The notes under the pieces are model-generated. The model worked only from the letters and a program-made list of their open reading frames with translations, did no database searches and had not been told where the DNA came from. DNA of 64,000 nt from a virus (taxonomy: Duplodnaviria > Caudoviricetes). Location: positions 91,647 through 155,646 of IMG/VR virus record IMGVR_UViG_3300013121_000013; one strand, given 5' to 3'. This document shows, piece after piece, positions 9,526-20,022 of this stretch (within the stretch, counting starts at the first letter, position 1; each line of letters begins with the position of its first letter). Made by a program: the position numbers and the translations under genes.

Positions 9526-10875
9526 TTGAATAAGCAAGCCACAATTTTGTGGCTTGCTTATTCTCTTTTTGAGGAGATGATGAGTAGCGACAATATAAAG
9601 CTACAAGATTTCCTAGAGATTGTAAAAAACAATCCTAGTTATAACTTAGGTATCAAAGATAACAAAGCTGAAGTGGACGATTCTGGAAATATAACTTGTT
9701 CTTTCCCGTGTAGATCGGACAACGGTTTAACAGAAAGCCATAGAGTCACTATCACACCAAAAGGAAGACTTCACTTTTGGAACCACTCTATAGAAGAGTT
9801 AGAGGCTATAATTGCCGTAGAGCTGCTATCATTATCAAATAAAAATACAAATCGTCAACACTACCACCAGTGTAGATATAATCGAAGGAAAAAAGAAGGT
9901 AAGGACCTTCATAAACCAAACAAAAAAGAAAAAATCTCTCTAGCTGGAAGCTCCGCTTGTAACTGTGCATGTATTTTATATTCGTGGAGGACCGGCCTAG
10001 ATACTGGTGTTTGCCTTCCTATAATATTAGAAAGGCTACATATAGATAATATTATCTTTAAACAGTCGTGTATTCGAAAAAGGTGGCTAAATAAAAAGAA
10101 AGCTAATATTTTCTCTGTAGATATAAATTGTAACCTTAAAGATATAAATCAAGTTTTATATGCATACAAAGCAACAGACGACTCCGTTAAAGATTTTGTC
10201 CTTAGGCTACAAGATATTTTTAATTCTGATTTTGGTCTAAAGTCTACAACTAAAAAACATTACGACAATTCGATTGACATAGTGTTTAAAAATAAAAGCA
10301 CAGGTTGGTGTTTAAATATTAAAAACGGATTCAATATGGGAGATTTTCATTTTCTAACAAAGAGTGGCGGGTATCAAAGTTTATTCTGCAATCCTTTAGT
10401 TGTGTCTATAAGATCAACTAATGTTAAGACTGAAAATTTTCTAAAAGATACTATGGTAGGAAAATATCGTAATTATTTTGAAAAGCCATCTGTTTATGTG
10501 TATAAAGCTTCGACTAGTTATACAAGTCTAGACCTTAATTACATAGTAGCTGCGTTTATGTCTATGCACAATGGTCATTGTTCTACAGATATAAATATAA
10601 AATCAAGGAAACGGTATGTCGATAAAGTTATAGATCTAAGTAAGAAACTTACAACTGATTTCAACTTTGACAAGTATAGAGGATTAAAAATAAAAGCTAA
10701 AAGAAGCGGGTCCTCTTATACAGGAATCATAACACTAAACTTTGATATGGTGTGCAGTGGTCCTAAGATGGCAGATTATCTAATGAATAAGGTTTACAAA
10801 GCATATAAAGTTTTAAGTAGATTAAAATCTATCAAAGATTCGGATTTGCTACCATGGGAACGAGAGAGTAGTTAA
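9526..10875 (+). CDS. hypothetical, C-H-H-C paralog family member 1
   Basis: PCRS...SHRVTITPKGRLHFWNHSIEELEA...ACNC; probable start at ATG 9577/9580. Confidence 0.7.
   Translation: MNKQATILWLAYSLFEEMMSSDNIKLQDFLEIVKNNPSYNLGIKDNKAEVDDSGNITCSFPCRSDNGLTESHRVTITPKGRLHFWNHSIEELEAIIAVELLSLSNKNTNRQHYHQCRYNRRKKEGKDLHKPNKKEKISLAGSSACNCACILYSWRTGLDTGVCLPIILERLHIDNIIFKQSCIRKRWLNKKKANIFSVDINCNLKDINQVLYAYKATDDSVKDFVLRLQDIFNSDFGLKSTTKKHYDNSIDIVFKNKSTGWCLNIKNGFNMGDFHFLTKSGGYQSLFCNPLVVSIRSTNVKTENFLKDTMVGKYRNYFEKPSVYVYKASTSYTSLDLNYIVAAFMSMHNGHCSTDINIKSRKRYVDKVIDLSKKLTTDFNFDKYRGLKIKAKRSGSSYTGIITLNFDMVCSGPKMADYLMNKVYKAYKVLSRLKSIKDSDLLPWERESS
9528..9570 (+). terminator. rho-independent terminator
   Basis: GAATAAGCAAGCCACAA-TT-TTGTGGCTTGCTTATTC followed by TCTTTTT. 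Confidence 0.7.
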
Positions 10876-12177
10876 GTGCTAAAAAGAGATTTCAAGGTAT
10901 ATGTATTAAATCCTGACGTGCATATAGATAAAGCAAATGATTCATCCAATTACAACTCATATAAATATAGAATGAAAGATTGCAAGTTGAGAAAGGATTG
11001 CGATGGACATAAAATTACAATAAATGGCTGCGGTCCATGGAAGTTCCATAATCACACCAAAGAAGGGTTAGATAGTTCGCTCCTTATGATGGCTATGGGA
11101 AGCGAATATGATTTATGCAGTTCTATCTATCTTTTAATGTCAAGGCGATGTAGAACTCAAGAGAATAAAGACTTTGAAATATTAGTTCCTGATGGCTGGT
11201 ATCATCATGATAATTTTATCTTTTCAACCGATTTAGAGAGTAGTGAATTTATTAAATTATATACAGGTTTACATTTGCTAAAGAGAATAAGGAGAAATTC
11301 CAGACCTTCAGGATCAGACTCTAGTAAGTATTCGGTCGATGACTTTTTTAAAGAAAATCCTGAACACGAAAAACTTACTGGAAAACAATTCAGATCTTTA
11401 TTTATAGAGAGTCTTTTGAAGAAGTTGAAGAATGAACTTATTAAAAGAAAAGTGAAAACACAACTTAACTCTATAAGTCCTAGATCATATACAAGCTCTA
11501 GAATGTATCGAATGCCGCGTACCTACGGCAGGGCTTATGCTGTAACTCGTCTTAGATTTACCAGAAAAGGTAACGGCACATTTCTTGATGCAATAGATTG
11601 TTCTCCAGATCCTAGACAAGATACATACTACAAGACCGCTAAACAACTAAGGGAGCTTGAGGCCGAAGATAAAAATAACAGGGATATAACTAAAATTATA
11701 TTTATGTTATCTGGCCTAACAAATTCAAGAAATAGACTAGTAGATTCAGCAGACAGTATACAGCTTGTTGGACCATTTTTAGACGAAAAAACAATCGATA
11801 TTAGTTATCTAGCTACATGTCTTGAAGCAGCTTGGTTTCAAAGTATATGTAATAAACTATATGGACCTGGCACTAAGATAGAAAGAATTAATTCTTGTAT
11901 ACAAGATGAAATTAAAAATATGGTTAAGAACAGGTCTCTTAATATGTCTGTAGAATCGAGCTTAAAACAAAGATACACTTATCTACCTTACAGTACCCAG
12001 TCTACAGGTAATGTTCGCTCTATTCGTAAAATGGAAAAGGTCAGAGAACAGTTCAGTACAAATATAAGAATCAGCCTTAATTTTGATATTAAAGATATAG
12101 AGCATGACTGTCAGAGAATTAAAACTATGTTGAAACAGTTTATTTTGGAATACGACAAGGTTAAAAAATTAAAATAA
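10876..12177 (+). CDS. hypothetical, C-H-H-C paralog family member 2
   Basis: DCDGHKITINGCGPWKFHNHTKEGLD...AMGSEYDLC. Confidence 0.7.
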   Translation: MLKRDFKVYVLNPDVHIDKANDSSNYNSYKYRMKDCKLRKDCDGHKITINGCGPWKFHNHTKEGLDSSLLMMAMGSEYDLCSSIYLLMSRRCRTQENKDFEILVPDGWYHHDNFIFSTDLESSEFIKLYTGLHLLKRIRRNSRPSGSDSSKYSVDDFFKENPEHEKLTGKQFRSLFIESLLKKLKNELIKRKVKTQLNSISPRSYTSSRMYRMPRTYGRAYAVTRLRFTRKGNGTFLDAIDCSPDPRQDTYYKTAKQLRELEAEDKNNRDITKIIFMLSGLTNSRNRLVDSADSIQLVGPFLDEKTIDISYLATCLEAAWFQSICNKLYGPGTKIERINSCIQDEIKNMVKNRSLNMSVESSLKQRYTYLPYSTQSTGNVRSIRKMEKVREQFSTNIRISLNFDIKDIEHDCQRIKTMLKQFILEYDKVKKLK

Positions 12178-12194
12178 GGAATTAGAATTAGGTA

Positions 12195-12908
12195 ATGTCT
12201 ATAACACTCGGAAACAGTAAAATTGGTAAGAAGTTCACATGGACCTGGAGCATACCTCCTGGTTTAAATGGAACTTGTCCGGGAGAATCTTCAGAATGCG
12301 GACCAAATTGCTACGCTAAGAAGGGATTTCTTGGATGTGCTCCAGCAGTTGTTAAAACACAAAAAATCAACTATGAAATGTCTAAGACGCCATATTTTGC
12401 TGATTGGATGACACTCGAAATAAAAAAAGCAAAAGCTAAGCTATTTAGAATTCACGTAGCCGGCGATTTCTATGATATTGAATATACTAAGAAATGGCTA
12501 AAGATAGTCCAAGAATGTCGAGAGACCACTTTCTATGCATACACTCGATCCTGGTGCATAGATGAGATTCGGCCATGGCTTAATAAACTAGCAGAAAAGA
12601 CCAATTTTAGAATGTGGTTCTCTTGCGATAGATCAATGAAAGAACCATTTAGAAGTAAGAATGTACGACTTGCCTATATGCAAGTTGAAAAAGACGACAA
12701 GCCTGCATATCAAGTAGACTTGGTATTTAGAATTAAATCTCTAAGAAAGAATATTCAAAAGAAGGTCGATTCAATCCTTGTATGCCCTCCAGAAAATGGG
12801 GTTAGTTCTAAAGTTACGTGCGAATCTTGTGGTTGGTGTTGGAAGCCATTTGCGCAGGATGTAAATATTAAAGAAACAAAAAGAGTTCCTCTTTTAGTCG
12901 TTAAATAA
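12195..12908 (+). CDS. phage GP88-like protein
   Basis: GNSKIG, WSIPPG..TCPG...C...CYA, FRIHVAGDFY, FYAYTRSW, terminal CxxCxxC. Confidence 0.7.
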   Translation: MSITLGNSKIGKKFTWTWSIPPGLNGTCPGESSECGPNCYAKKGFLGCAPAVVKTQKINYEMSKTPYFADWMTLEIKKAKAKLFRIHVAGDFYDIEYTKKWLKIVQECRETTFYAYTRSWCIDEIRPWLNKLAEKTNFRMWFSCDRSMKEPFRSKNVRLAYMQVEKDDKPAYQVDLVFRIKSLRKNIQKKVDSILVCPPENGVSSKVTCESCGWCWKPFAQDVNIKETKRVPLLVVK

Positions 12909-12920
12909 GAAGAGATAAAC

Positions 12921-13298
12921 ATGAGCGCAGAGAAACGAAAGCTAGTTGTATCTTGTGAAGGTGAAACACACATTATAAAGATAAAGAAAAATAAGACGAT
13001 ACTTATGAGTGATCACTCTAGTGAGGACCTTAACCAATGGAAGATACTTCTAGCCTTTGGAGGTTACGGATGCACTTGTGTTTATCTCAACTCTTTGTCA
13101 GAAAAACTCAAGAAAGCCAATACCAGTTTCTGGGAATATATAAAGATTCTAAGACTTAATGGTGATATTTTTAGTAAATATGATATATCTAATCAAAAAC
13201 AAGAAGCGAAGCATCTATTCGACCTAAGATTAAGAGATATAGAAGAAAAAAGTATAATCGAAGAATCTCAAAAAGAGAAGGAATACTGGATTTTTTAA
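12921..13298 (+). CDS. hypothetical, C-H-H-C paralog family member 3 (short)
   Basis: VSCEGETHIIKI...LMSDHSSEDL...AFGGYGCTC. Confidence 0.7.
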   Translation: MSAEKRKLVVSCEGETHIIKIKKNKTILMSDHSSEDLNQWKILLAFGGYGCTCVYLNSLSEKLKKANTSFWEYIKILRLNGDIFSKYDISNQKQEAKHLFDLRLRDIEEKSIIEESQKEKEYWIF

Positions 13299-14503
13299 TG
13301 TCGAGAGCTTTTCAAATTCCATTTAAGGGCACTTCTAGGTATGACGAGCTAATTAAACAAGACGAAGAAGTTCAAAGTGAAGTTAACAAAGAATTTTCTA
13401 AGACCTTCAATTCTGTCGAGTCTCTGTCGTTTAAAATAAATTGTCTAAAGTCTGGTATTACTTTTATGAACAGATGTGGCCAACACACCAGACATAAGGC
13501 CATGATTAAAAATAATTGTCTTGTACTTTTGAAGCACGAAAAAAGTGAATTAAATGCTTTAGAAGCTATGTCAGCGCTGGCGTCTTTAGGTTCAGATCAA
13601 ATAGATAAATGCTCTCCTCTTCTTAATTGTTTTATAATATTAAAGGGCTGGAGAGAGGCAAGAGTAAATAAAGTCCCTGATCCAATGTTGCCTTATCTAC
13701 ATTATTATTGTGTGGACGATATTAGAGTAGAAGGACGGCGACTTCTTAGAGTTATCCAAAATAAGCTGGACAAGAGATTGCGTCTAAAGCACGATCCAAA
13801 GTCTATTTCTGCCGGCGGTGACGAAGCTCTAGCAACTAAGTACGTAGCTTTACAATTAAGAAAACTTGGGTTTAACGATATTGAACTAAAAGCTCGTAAT
13901 GGATTCGATTCAGACAAGATCAATGTTATATTGAGCATTAATGGTTTTAAATTTTTTATGGATCTTTATTACTCCTGTAATTATAAACGTCTTTATCTAT
14001 CATATAGAGGAGGTACAGAAACCTCGGTCAGAACTAGTGAAATTCTTTGCCCGGATTGTTCTATTGAAAGCTTAGCTGCAGACATTCTTGGATCTCTTTA
14101 TATAAACCATATATCAAAAGAACATAATGACAGTTATGCTAAGATATCAGACATGTACATGAAAGAAATATCTGATAGTGAAAGAGCTAAGGATATCAGA
14201 TTAGAAAAGATCTCTGTTCACAAATCGTCTGATCTTCATATTAATAGAACCAATGCACATAGAACTTATTGTTATGAATGCCTTCCTATTGATAACAGAA
14301 ACTATTCTACTTTTTATAAATCTTCTCAAAGAGAAAACATCGCCACTATTTCAATTCCTATTCCTTTTGGAAATAAAGGAACTGTAAAATTTGCCATATC
14401 AAAACTTCAAAAATTGCTTGAACAGTTAAATGCCGTACATCCAGAACTTAATATAGAGGCGGATAAAGATGCAAAGTGCAAACTCGGTGAAATCATTTGT
14501 TAA
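13298..14503 (+). CDS. hypothetical, C-H-H-C paralog family member 4
   Basis: [29 protein letters not shown]...SLGS...NCFIILKGW. Confidence 0.7.
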   Translation: MSRAFQIPFKGTSRYDELIKQDEEVQSEVNKEFSKTFNSVESLSFKINCLKSGITFMNRCGQHTRHKAMIKNNCLVLLKHEKSELNALEAMSALASLGSDQIDKCSPLLNCFIILKGWREARVNKVPDPMLPYLHYYCVDDIRVEGRRLLRVIQNKLDKRLRLKHDPKSISAGGDEALATKYVALQLRKLGFNDIELKARNGFDSDKINVILSINGFKFFMDLYYSCNYKRLYLSYRGGTETSVRTSEILCPDCSIESLAADILGSLYINHISKEHNDSYAKISDMYMKEISDSERAKDIRLEKISVHKSSDLHINRTNAHRTYCYECLPIDNRNYSTFYKSSQRENIATISIPIPFGNKGTVKFAISKLQKLLEQLNAVHPELNIEADKDAKCKLGEIIC

Positions 14504-15101
14504 TGAATACAATTATAGTAGCGTGCTATTACCTGACTGGAAAATCGAAGAGCTTGGAATAGTTACCCCGTGCGAGAAAGCTAAAAAAAGACCAGGTGTC
14601 ATAAGCTACGGATTAAGTAGTTATGGGTATGACGCTCGAGTCGGGTCCAGATACAAGATAGTCAATAAACCCAAAATAGAATCCGACTATCAAGCAGAGA
14701 AGCACAAGGGTTATATAATCGACCCCAAAAATATATCTGAAGAGTTATTTGAAGAAATAGAAACTGATAAATGTATTATACCGCCAAACAGCTTTGTCCT
14801 GGCAGAAACGGTTGAAACTTTTTGCATACCAAGAAATGTTTTATGTGTATGCGTGGGTAAGTCTACATATGCAAGATGTGGAATTATAGTAAATGTTACG
14901 CCTTTAGAGCCAGAATGGAAGGGCAAGATAACAGTAGAGATTAGCAATACAACACCAGTCCCAACTCTGGTGTATTCAAATGAAGGAATTATGCAGATCC
15001 TGTTTTTCCAGTCGTCTCTTGATTGTAATGTAAGTTATCAGGATAAGAATGGAAAGTATCAAAATCAGTCCGGTTTGGTCCTGCCAATGGTGGATAAATG
15101 A
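14469..15101 (+). CDS. dcd: dCTP deaminase
   Basis: [50 protein letters not shown]. Confidence 0.93.
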   Translation: MQSANSVKSFVNEYNYSSVLLPDWKIEELGIVTPCEKAKKRPGVISYGLSSYGYDARVGSRYKIVNKPKIESDYQAEKHKGYIIDPKNISEELFEEIETDKCIIPPNSFVLAETVETFCIPRNVLCVCVGKSTYARCGIIVNVTPLEPEWKGKITVEISNTTPVPTLVYSNEGIMQILFFQSSLDCNVSYQDKNGKYQNQSGLVLPMVDK

Positions 15102-15331
15102 AAATCTGTGAGCGGTGTAAGGTAGAGCCCGCCCGTAAAAAGGAAAGGTTCTGTAAACCTTGTCGATATACAATCTTGGCCGAGATGGAGAATACAGGAT
15201 ACTTTACACCTACAGAAAATAATAACTTATCCGAGTCAGTATCCAATGAGCTACCGAGTGTAAAGGAAATGTTCTTCGAGATGAAAGAAACCGGGTTAAT
15301 TCCTGATATCGATCTTGAAGAACAAATCTAA
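15098..15331 (+). CDS. small Cys-containing hypothetical protein
   Basis: CERC...FCKPC. Confidence 0.55.
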   Translation: MKICERCKVEPARKKERFCKPCRYTILAEMENTGYFTPTENNNLSESVSNELPSVKEMFFEMKETGLIPDIDLEEQI

Positions 15332-15354
15332 TTTAAAGGGTGTGGTGATAGACT

Positions 15355-16746
15355 TTGGGTAAGCAGACTCTTGACACTTCAGATATTCTATTGGATAAAG
15401 AACAATCTATAGGTAAAAAGATTCGGACGGCTCAAGGCTATGAGCTCCCTCCTACAGGGTATATTGCAAAATTCATTATTAAAGATTGTGGGCACGGTAA
15501 AGCTCTGCATCATATGTATATCCGAACAAATGGTCGTATTGAATTCAGCAATCATAAAATTGAGCAGCTTAAGTCTGAGTCTGTTCAAGTATGTATGGCC
15601 ATTTCTGGATCTAATACAGAAGAAATAGATAAGTCCTGTCGCCCATGTGCTTTTGCTTATTACTGCTTTACTACAGGTAGAATAGACTTACTTCGTAAAG
15701 ATAAAAGATTTGTTATGCCTGCTAAACTACCATTTGGTTGGTTGCCTTCTGGGGACGAAAAGTATGGCATCAGACTTAGAAAAAAATATTTAAAGCTAAA
15801 AGGATTAGATGAATTTGAAAATCCCATATTAGTTAAATACAAGGCTTCATCTGTGTCTAGTGGACAAAATATAGTTAAAGCTATTTTTGACATCATATCT
15901 AAACGAATTGATGGACGTCTATCAATAAATCATAATTGGAGAGGTAGCCAAATTAGCCTAGATATTAATTTGGTTAAACATCTAAGAGATGCAGATATGG
16001 AAGTTATAGTTAATAGGTACGTAAAGCTAAATGGTATGTATTATGGATTAAAACTTTCTGACTATAGGAAACATATTGAAAATAAAGATTTGGCAAAACT
16101 GCACTCTCTTGCACAATCTTGTCTAATAGGTAAGTATTCGACATGGGATAGTGAGCCTATTTTAACATTTAGAGCGAACAACAAGAAAAACGGCTTAAGA
16201 ACATTTAATGTAGGTAATGGCCTTATTTCTTCAAGTAATTATTTTGAATTGAACTATCCCAAAACTGGGTGGGTGGACATAAGACCACTAGTAATAGCTA
16301 GCGAAGCAGCCATTTTGGCTTCTGATTGTGTAACTAGGATTAAAGTTAAAGATGCCATCGAAAAAATTAAGGCAGAAGACTTTGCGGAGGTGTTGACAAC
16401 TGAGCTTAATAGAAACAACGGTATAGTTGGAACAATGCCAACATTAGCTTTAATAAGTCATAATCATAGTACTAACAATAGACTAGACTACAGGCTTTAT
16501 AAAAGTCCTTTTGATCCGGTAAGTAGAGATTATAGATATGAATTTTTAAATACCTTCTATATTGCATCTGCAAATAGTTGTAAACTAAAGCCTTATGCTG
16601 AATCTTATGAATCTTATCCTATGTCTAGCAAAATAAACGGTATGTCAAAGTCTATGACAAGGCTAGTCGCAAATAAATTCGAAAAATTAAGATTAGAGCT
16701 ATGTAGTCTAACAAACTCTGCCAGAAAATATAAAGAAAACTTCTAA
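15355..16746 (+). CDS. hypothetical, C-H-H-C paralog family member 5
   Basis: DCGHGKALHHMYIRTNGRIEFSNHKIEQLKSE...SCRPC. Confidence 0.7.
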   Translation: MGKQTLDTSDILLDKEQSIGKKIRTAQGYELPPTGYIAKFIIKDCGHGKALHHMYIRTNGRIEFSNHKIEQLKSESVQVCMAISGSNTEEIDKSCRPCAFAYYCFTTGRIDLLRKDKRFVMPAKLPFGWLPSGDEKYGIRLRKKYLKLKGLDEFENPILVKYKASSVSSGQNIVKAIFDIISKRIDGRLSINHNWRGSQISLDINLVKHLRDADMEVIVNRYVKLNGMYYGLKLSDYRKHIENKDLAKLHSLAQSCLIGKYSTWDSEPILTFRANNKKNGLRTFNVGNGLISSSNYFELNYPKTGWVDIRPLVIASEAAILASDCVTRIKVKDAIEKIKAEDFAEVLTTELNRNNGIVGTMPTLALISHNHSTNNRLDYRLYKSPFDPVSRDYRYEFLNTFYIASANSCKLKPYAESYESYPMSSKINGMSKSMTRLVANKFEKLRLELCSLTNSARKYKENF

Positions 16747-16759
16747 AAAGGTCTTTCGA

Positions 16760-17350
16760 ATGTTTGCATCTGTTCTTGGAGGTAGTTCTCTTCCTGTTTA
16801 TTTCTATAAAAGAGCAGAGTCGTGGGATGAAGCTTGCGACGGCTTGAAGATCCTCATAGAGTCACTCCTATCAATTAATCCTAATCTTGATCTAAAAGAA
16901 ATTATGCTTCCTATGAGGGTAGTTGAAGTATTTAACAAATCTCTATTTTACACTGAGTATGCTCAAGATAAATTTGAGTTTATCAATTTACATGAAAAGG
17001 AAAGAATAATTAAATATATTATGCTCCCCTCATCATTTCTACCTATGCATTTTAGATATGTAGTAACTTTTGGTGAGTGGGCCTTAGAAGGTAATAAAGT
17101 CTGGAAATTTATTAGATCAAAGCCAGATAAACCTATGGAATGCCTTAAGGAGTCTATTGACGCTCTAAAATCCATTAAAAAATTATCTCCAATCGACTAT
17201 AGTTCTCTCAAAAATAAAGCATTTATTACCGGATCAATACTTCATTACAGAATTGCCGACAATATATTTTATATGAATACACCGGAAAAATTTGGACAAA
17301 AGATGTTTCCCAGGGAGTTCATAGATAATATCTTTTTCTCCATAAATTAA
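16760..17350 (+). CDS. hypothetical protein
   Basis: 196 aa ORF in operon-like spacing. Confidence 0.6.
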   Translation: MFASVLGGSSLPVYFYKRAESWDEACDGLKILIESLLSINPNLDLKEIMLPMRVVEVFNKSLFYTEYAQDKFEFINLHEKERIIKYIMLPSSFLPMHFRYVVTFGEWALEGNKVWKFIRSKPDKPMECLKESIDALKSIKKLSPIDYSSLKNKAFITGSILHYRIADNIFYMNTPEKFGQKMFPREFIDNIFFSIN

Positions 17351-17356
17351 AGGCAG

Positions 17357-17740
17357 GTGCAGATATACATGTCTATAAACTTAAAAGCTATTCTTTCTAA
17401 GCAAATGGCAGAAATAGAAAAAGTAGACAGGTCTAGACAAAACAACAAGTTAATAAGTAAATTCTCATCTCTTCGTGAAGCCATGCTAATGCTTAATGGT
17501 GAATGGCAAAGTTTAAATGAAGAGATGAGATCTAGTCAAAATAAAGAGATGAACGAAGCTGCGGTAGTTGCAAAGCTTATTAGGACTGCAGCTGTTTGTC
17601 TTAAGGCCGCTTGTGATCTTAGTTGCCATAAGTCTGCAGTGAAAGTGGCAGAAATACTTGATTTCTATAAAGAGCCAGACTTCGGATATATACCAATAGT
17701 CAGACCTGGAGACGAAGATAAAAGAAGAAAGAAAACTTAA
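17357..17740 (+). CDS. hypothetical, possibly degenerate MazG-like helical protein
   Basis: FSSLREAMLML.GEW...KLIRTAAVCLKAACDL pattern. Confidence 0.45.
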   Translation: MQIYMSINLKAILSKQMAEIEKVDRSRQNNKLISKFSSLREAMLMLNGEWQSLNEEMRSSQNKEMNEAAVVAKLIRTAAVCLKAACDLSCHKSAVKVAEILDFYKEPDFGYIPIVRPGDEDKRRKKT

Positions 17741-17788
17741 TATTAATTAACACTTAAGAATAACTAGTTTTAGGACAAATTAGGATTA

Positions 17789-18442
17789 ATGAGTTTTTCG
17801 AGTAAAGAATCTACAACTTTTTTAAACAAATTGGATAAAGAATCTATAAATAAATATAGAAATTATTGGAAAAACTTAATACCAAAGACCCACCTTGATT
17901 ACTGGAAGAGGTGGGTCTTTTCATTCATGTCCGTGCATACAACATGGAAGCAGAATGTAAAGGGATACGAAGCTGTGGTATCTCTAGGAATGGATTTTAA
18001 TAGAAGGCAGCTTAGAAGACGCATAGAGTCTTCCAGAGTGGGTCTAAATAGGATCAGGACTGAAGGTATACTAAGAATGACAAAGAGCTTTATAAGTGAT
18101 CCTAGGAGCTGGTATCCTGGTGAAAACGAGTCCTTCAGAGACTGTAGAGATAGACTTATGAATGAAACCTTCGGTCTAGGTATAACAAAGGTCTCATTTG
18201 TGTTGGAGCTGCTAGATCCAGAAAAGTGTGATGCTGTATGTTTAGATACCCATCTCTTACAGCTATATAAGCTGCCAAGGTCCACTCCTAATAAAACTCT
18301 TTATAAAGATGTAGAAAATCATTGGATCGATATTTGTAAAAGTAGAAAGATGCCAAGTCCTTTAGCTAGGCATATATTTTGGGATAGAAAACAAGGAAAG
18401 AATTTGAATAACTACTGGGCATATGTATTTGAAGCTGCCTAG
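17789..18442 (+). CDS. HhH-GPD superfamily DNA glycosylase (OGG-like)
   Basis: GLGITKVSFVL helix-hairpin-helix with Lys, and CLDTHLL with catalytic Asp. Confidence 0.7.
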   Translation: MSFSSKESTTFLNKLDKESINKYRNYWKNLIPKTHLDYWKRWVFSFMSVHTTWKQNVKGYEAVVSLGMDFNRRQLRRRIESSRVGLNRIRTEGILRMTKSFISDPRSWYPGENESFRDCRDRLMNETFGLGITKVSFVLELLDPEKCDAVCLDTHLLQLYKLPRSTPNKTLYKDVENHWIDICKSRKMPSPLARHIFWDRKQGKNLNNYWAYVFEAA

Positions 18443-18465
18443 TTATAGATCTTGGTTTTTAAACT

Positions 18466-18725
18466 AGTAGTAGAAGCCTATAGGCTTCTACTACTTTTAT
18501 AGATAATAAACAAAGCGACGAAGTCGCGTCCTCTTATACGTAGTATAAGAGTACACCTAAAGTTTTAGGTGTGTAATTTGTCACAAGGTCTTGATTCGGC
18601 AGCACTTACAGTAAAATTTTCTTTGCAGACTGCGTTTAAAAATCGACGCATGTACCATTTTGATACAGAAATATTACATAAGACCTTATTGTATAAGCAG
18701 TTACGTTCTAAATTTTAGGTGTGTA
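18466..18725. repeat. cluster of palindromes and direct repeats (candidate replication origin)
   Basis: 30-bp perfect palindrome 18466-18495, further hairpins at 18515, 18531 and 18552, TTTTAGGTGTGTA x2, two related 28-mers. Confidence 0.6.
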
Positions 18726-18766
18726 TTTCAAATACTATAGCGTTATGATCCGATCGGAGAATATGA

Positions 18767-19693
18767 GTGTGCAAGTGTTGCTCATTCCCCGGACTAAAGT
18801 CCTTCCATGGACATCTGATAGACTTTAAGTTTGGTAGAAAGATATACAGATCGTTTGCATGGCGTTCTGGTATATCCTCGTTGTCTAGATTGTCAGATGT
18901 ATCTTTCGACTCCAAACCTCTATCCTTCTTGGCGGACATCCAGCAGACATGGAGACAGGCTCTAGGGCGCCTAGCTTCGACTCAGTGGCAAGAAGCGTAC
19001 AATTTCGAGACAATGCTTCGACTATTGAACTGCGTGCCATACGGGGCCTCTGTGAAGCCTAAGGGCCGTTTCTGTGAGTTCAGTTCTGTCTGCCCCTGGT
19101 GTTGGGCACGAGCACAGTTGTCACTAGTGAAGCATGTTTCTCAAATCGTGAATGACTATTCACGAAATCGAGGTCCTATATACAAATATTTAAAAAATAG
19201 ATACCCGAAGTTTTTGAAACCCAGAGCTTGTGCATCCGATTTGCAGCTAGTATATGGCTCTATTGTCACCAAGGAGCCCGACCTTCAGCACGACGGCAGT
19301 AGGTTTAATTTAGAGGGGTATTTTGATTACGTATCCAAAGGCAGGTGTAGCGTAGTTAACAGTATGCGCACTATCGGTGCAAGGCATATGTTTACAGCTG
19401 AACCTATACTTAGAAGGTTTATTAGATCTGGTGCTACAATGGATTTTTGGAAGTTAAAATCTAGATTCTTATGCTTATTTTATAAGAAAGAACCATTTAT
19501 AGACGGGTCTATTGATGGATTTAAATGCATAAGCCCGCCCGATAATCTATCTATATCAAAAGCTGTCTCCGAAGTTTTTAAGTATCCAGCTGGATATTTG
19601 TTAAGCAATCCTATATTAGTTGGCGAATTACTTAATACAAAGAGTAAGTTCAGGACTATGGAAAGTTACGGAATCTTAAGAAAGTTTAAATAA
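18767..19693 (+). CDS. hypothetical, possible degenerate Rep-like protein
   Basis: FCEFSSVCPWCWAR Zn motif; no intact HUH motif. Confidence 0.55.
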   Translation: MCKCCSFPGLKSFHGHLIDFKFGRKIYRSFAWRSGISSLSRLSDVSFDSKPLSFLADIQQTWRQALGRLASTQWQEAYNFETMLRLLNCVPYGASVKPKGRFCEFSSVCPWCWARAQLSLVKHVSQIVNDYSRNRGPIYKYLKNRYPKFLKPRACASDLQLVYGSIVTKEPDLQHDGSRFNLEGYFDYVSKGRCSVVNSMRTIGARHMFTAEPILRRFIRSGATMDFWKLKSRFLCLFYKKEPFIDGSIDGFKCISPPDNLSISKAVSEVFKYPAGYLLSNPILVGELLNTKSKFRTMESYGILRKFK

Positions 19694-19746
19694 AGTTATA
19701 GTTATATTTAACTAAATTGTCATAATATTAAGTCCTGTATGTTTTT

Positions 19747-19995
19747 ATGTCTATTATTGGAGACTACATAACTATGCCGTCGAATAAGCCTTCGAATAAA
19801 AAGCCACTAGAAGATCAATATCCGAATGGCGGGCCCAGAATATGTTTGAAGTGCGATATAGAGTTTTTTTCTATAGATATCGTTAGAAATAGAATATGCA
19901 AACAGTGTAATAAAGAAAATTCACTTTCTAAGGTTTCAAGTGTGTTTCGTCTATCTGAAGAGGTTTCTTCATTCTTCTCTAGCGAAGAGTTTTGA
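19747..19995 (+). CDS. small zinc-finger protein
   Basis: RICLKCDIEFFS...NRICKQC. Confidence 0.6.
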   Translation: MSIIGDYITMPSNKPSNKKPLEDQYPNGGPRICLKCDIEFFSIDIVRNRICKQCNKENSLSKVSSVFRLSEEVSSFFSSEEF

Positions 19996-20009
19996 TAGAC
20001 GTCAATCAA
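19992..20009. promoter_or_regulatory. 18-bp palindromic motif, copy 1
   Basis: TTGATAGACGTCAATCAA (one mismatch to consensus TTGATAGA-NN-TCTATCAA). Confidence 0.65.
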
Positions 20010-20022
20010 ATTAAAGGCAGTA

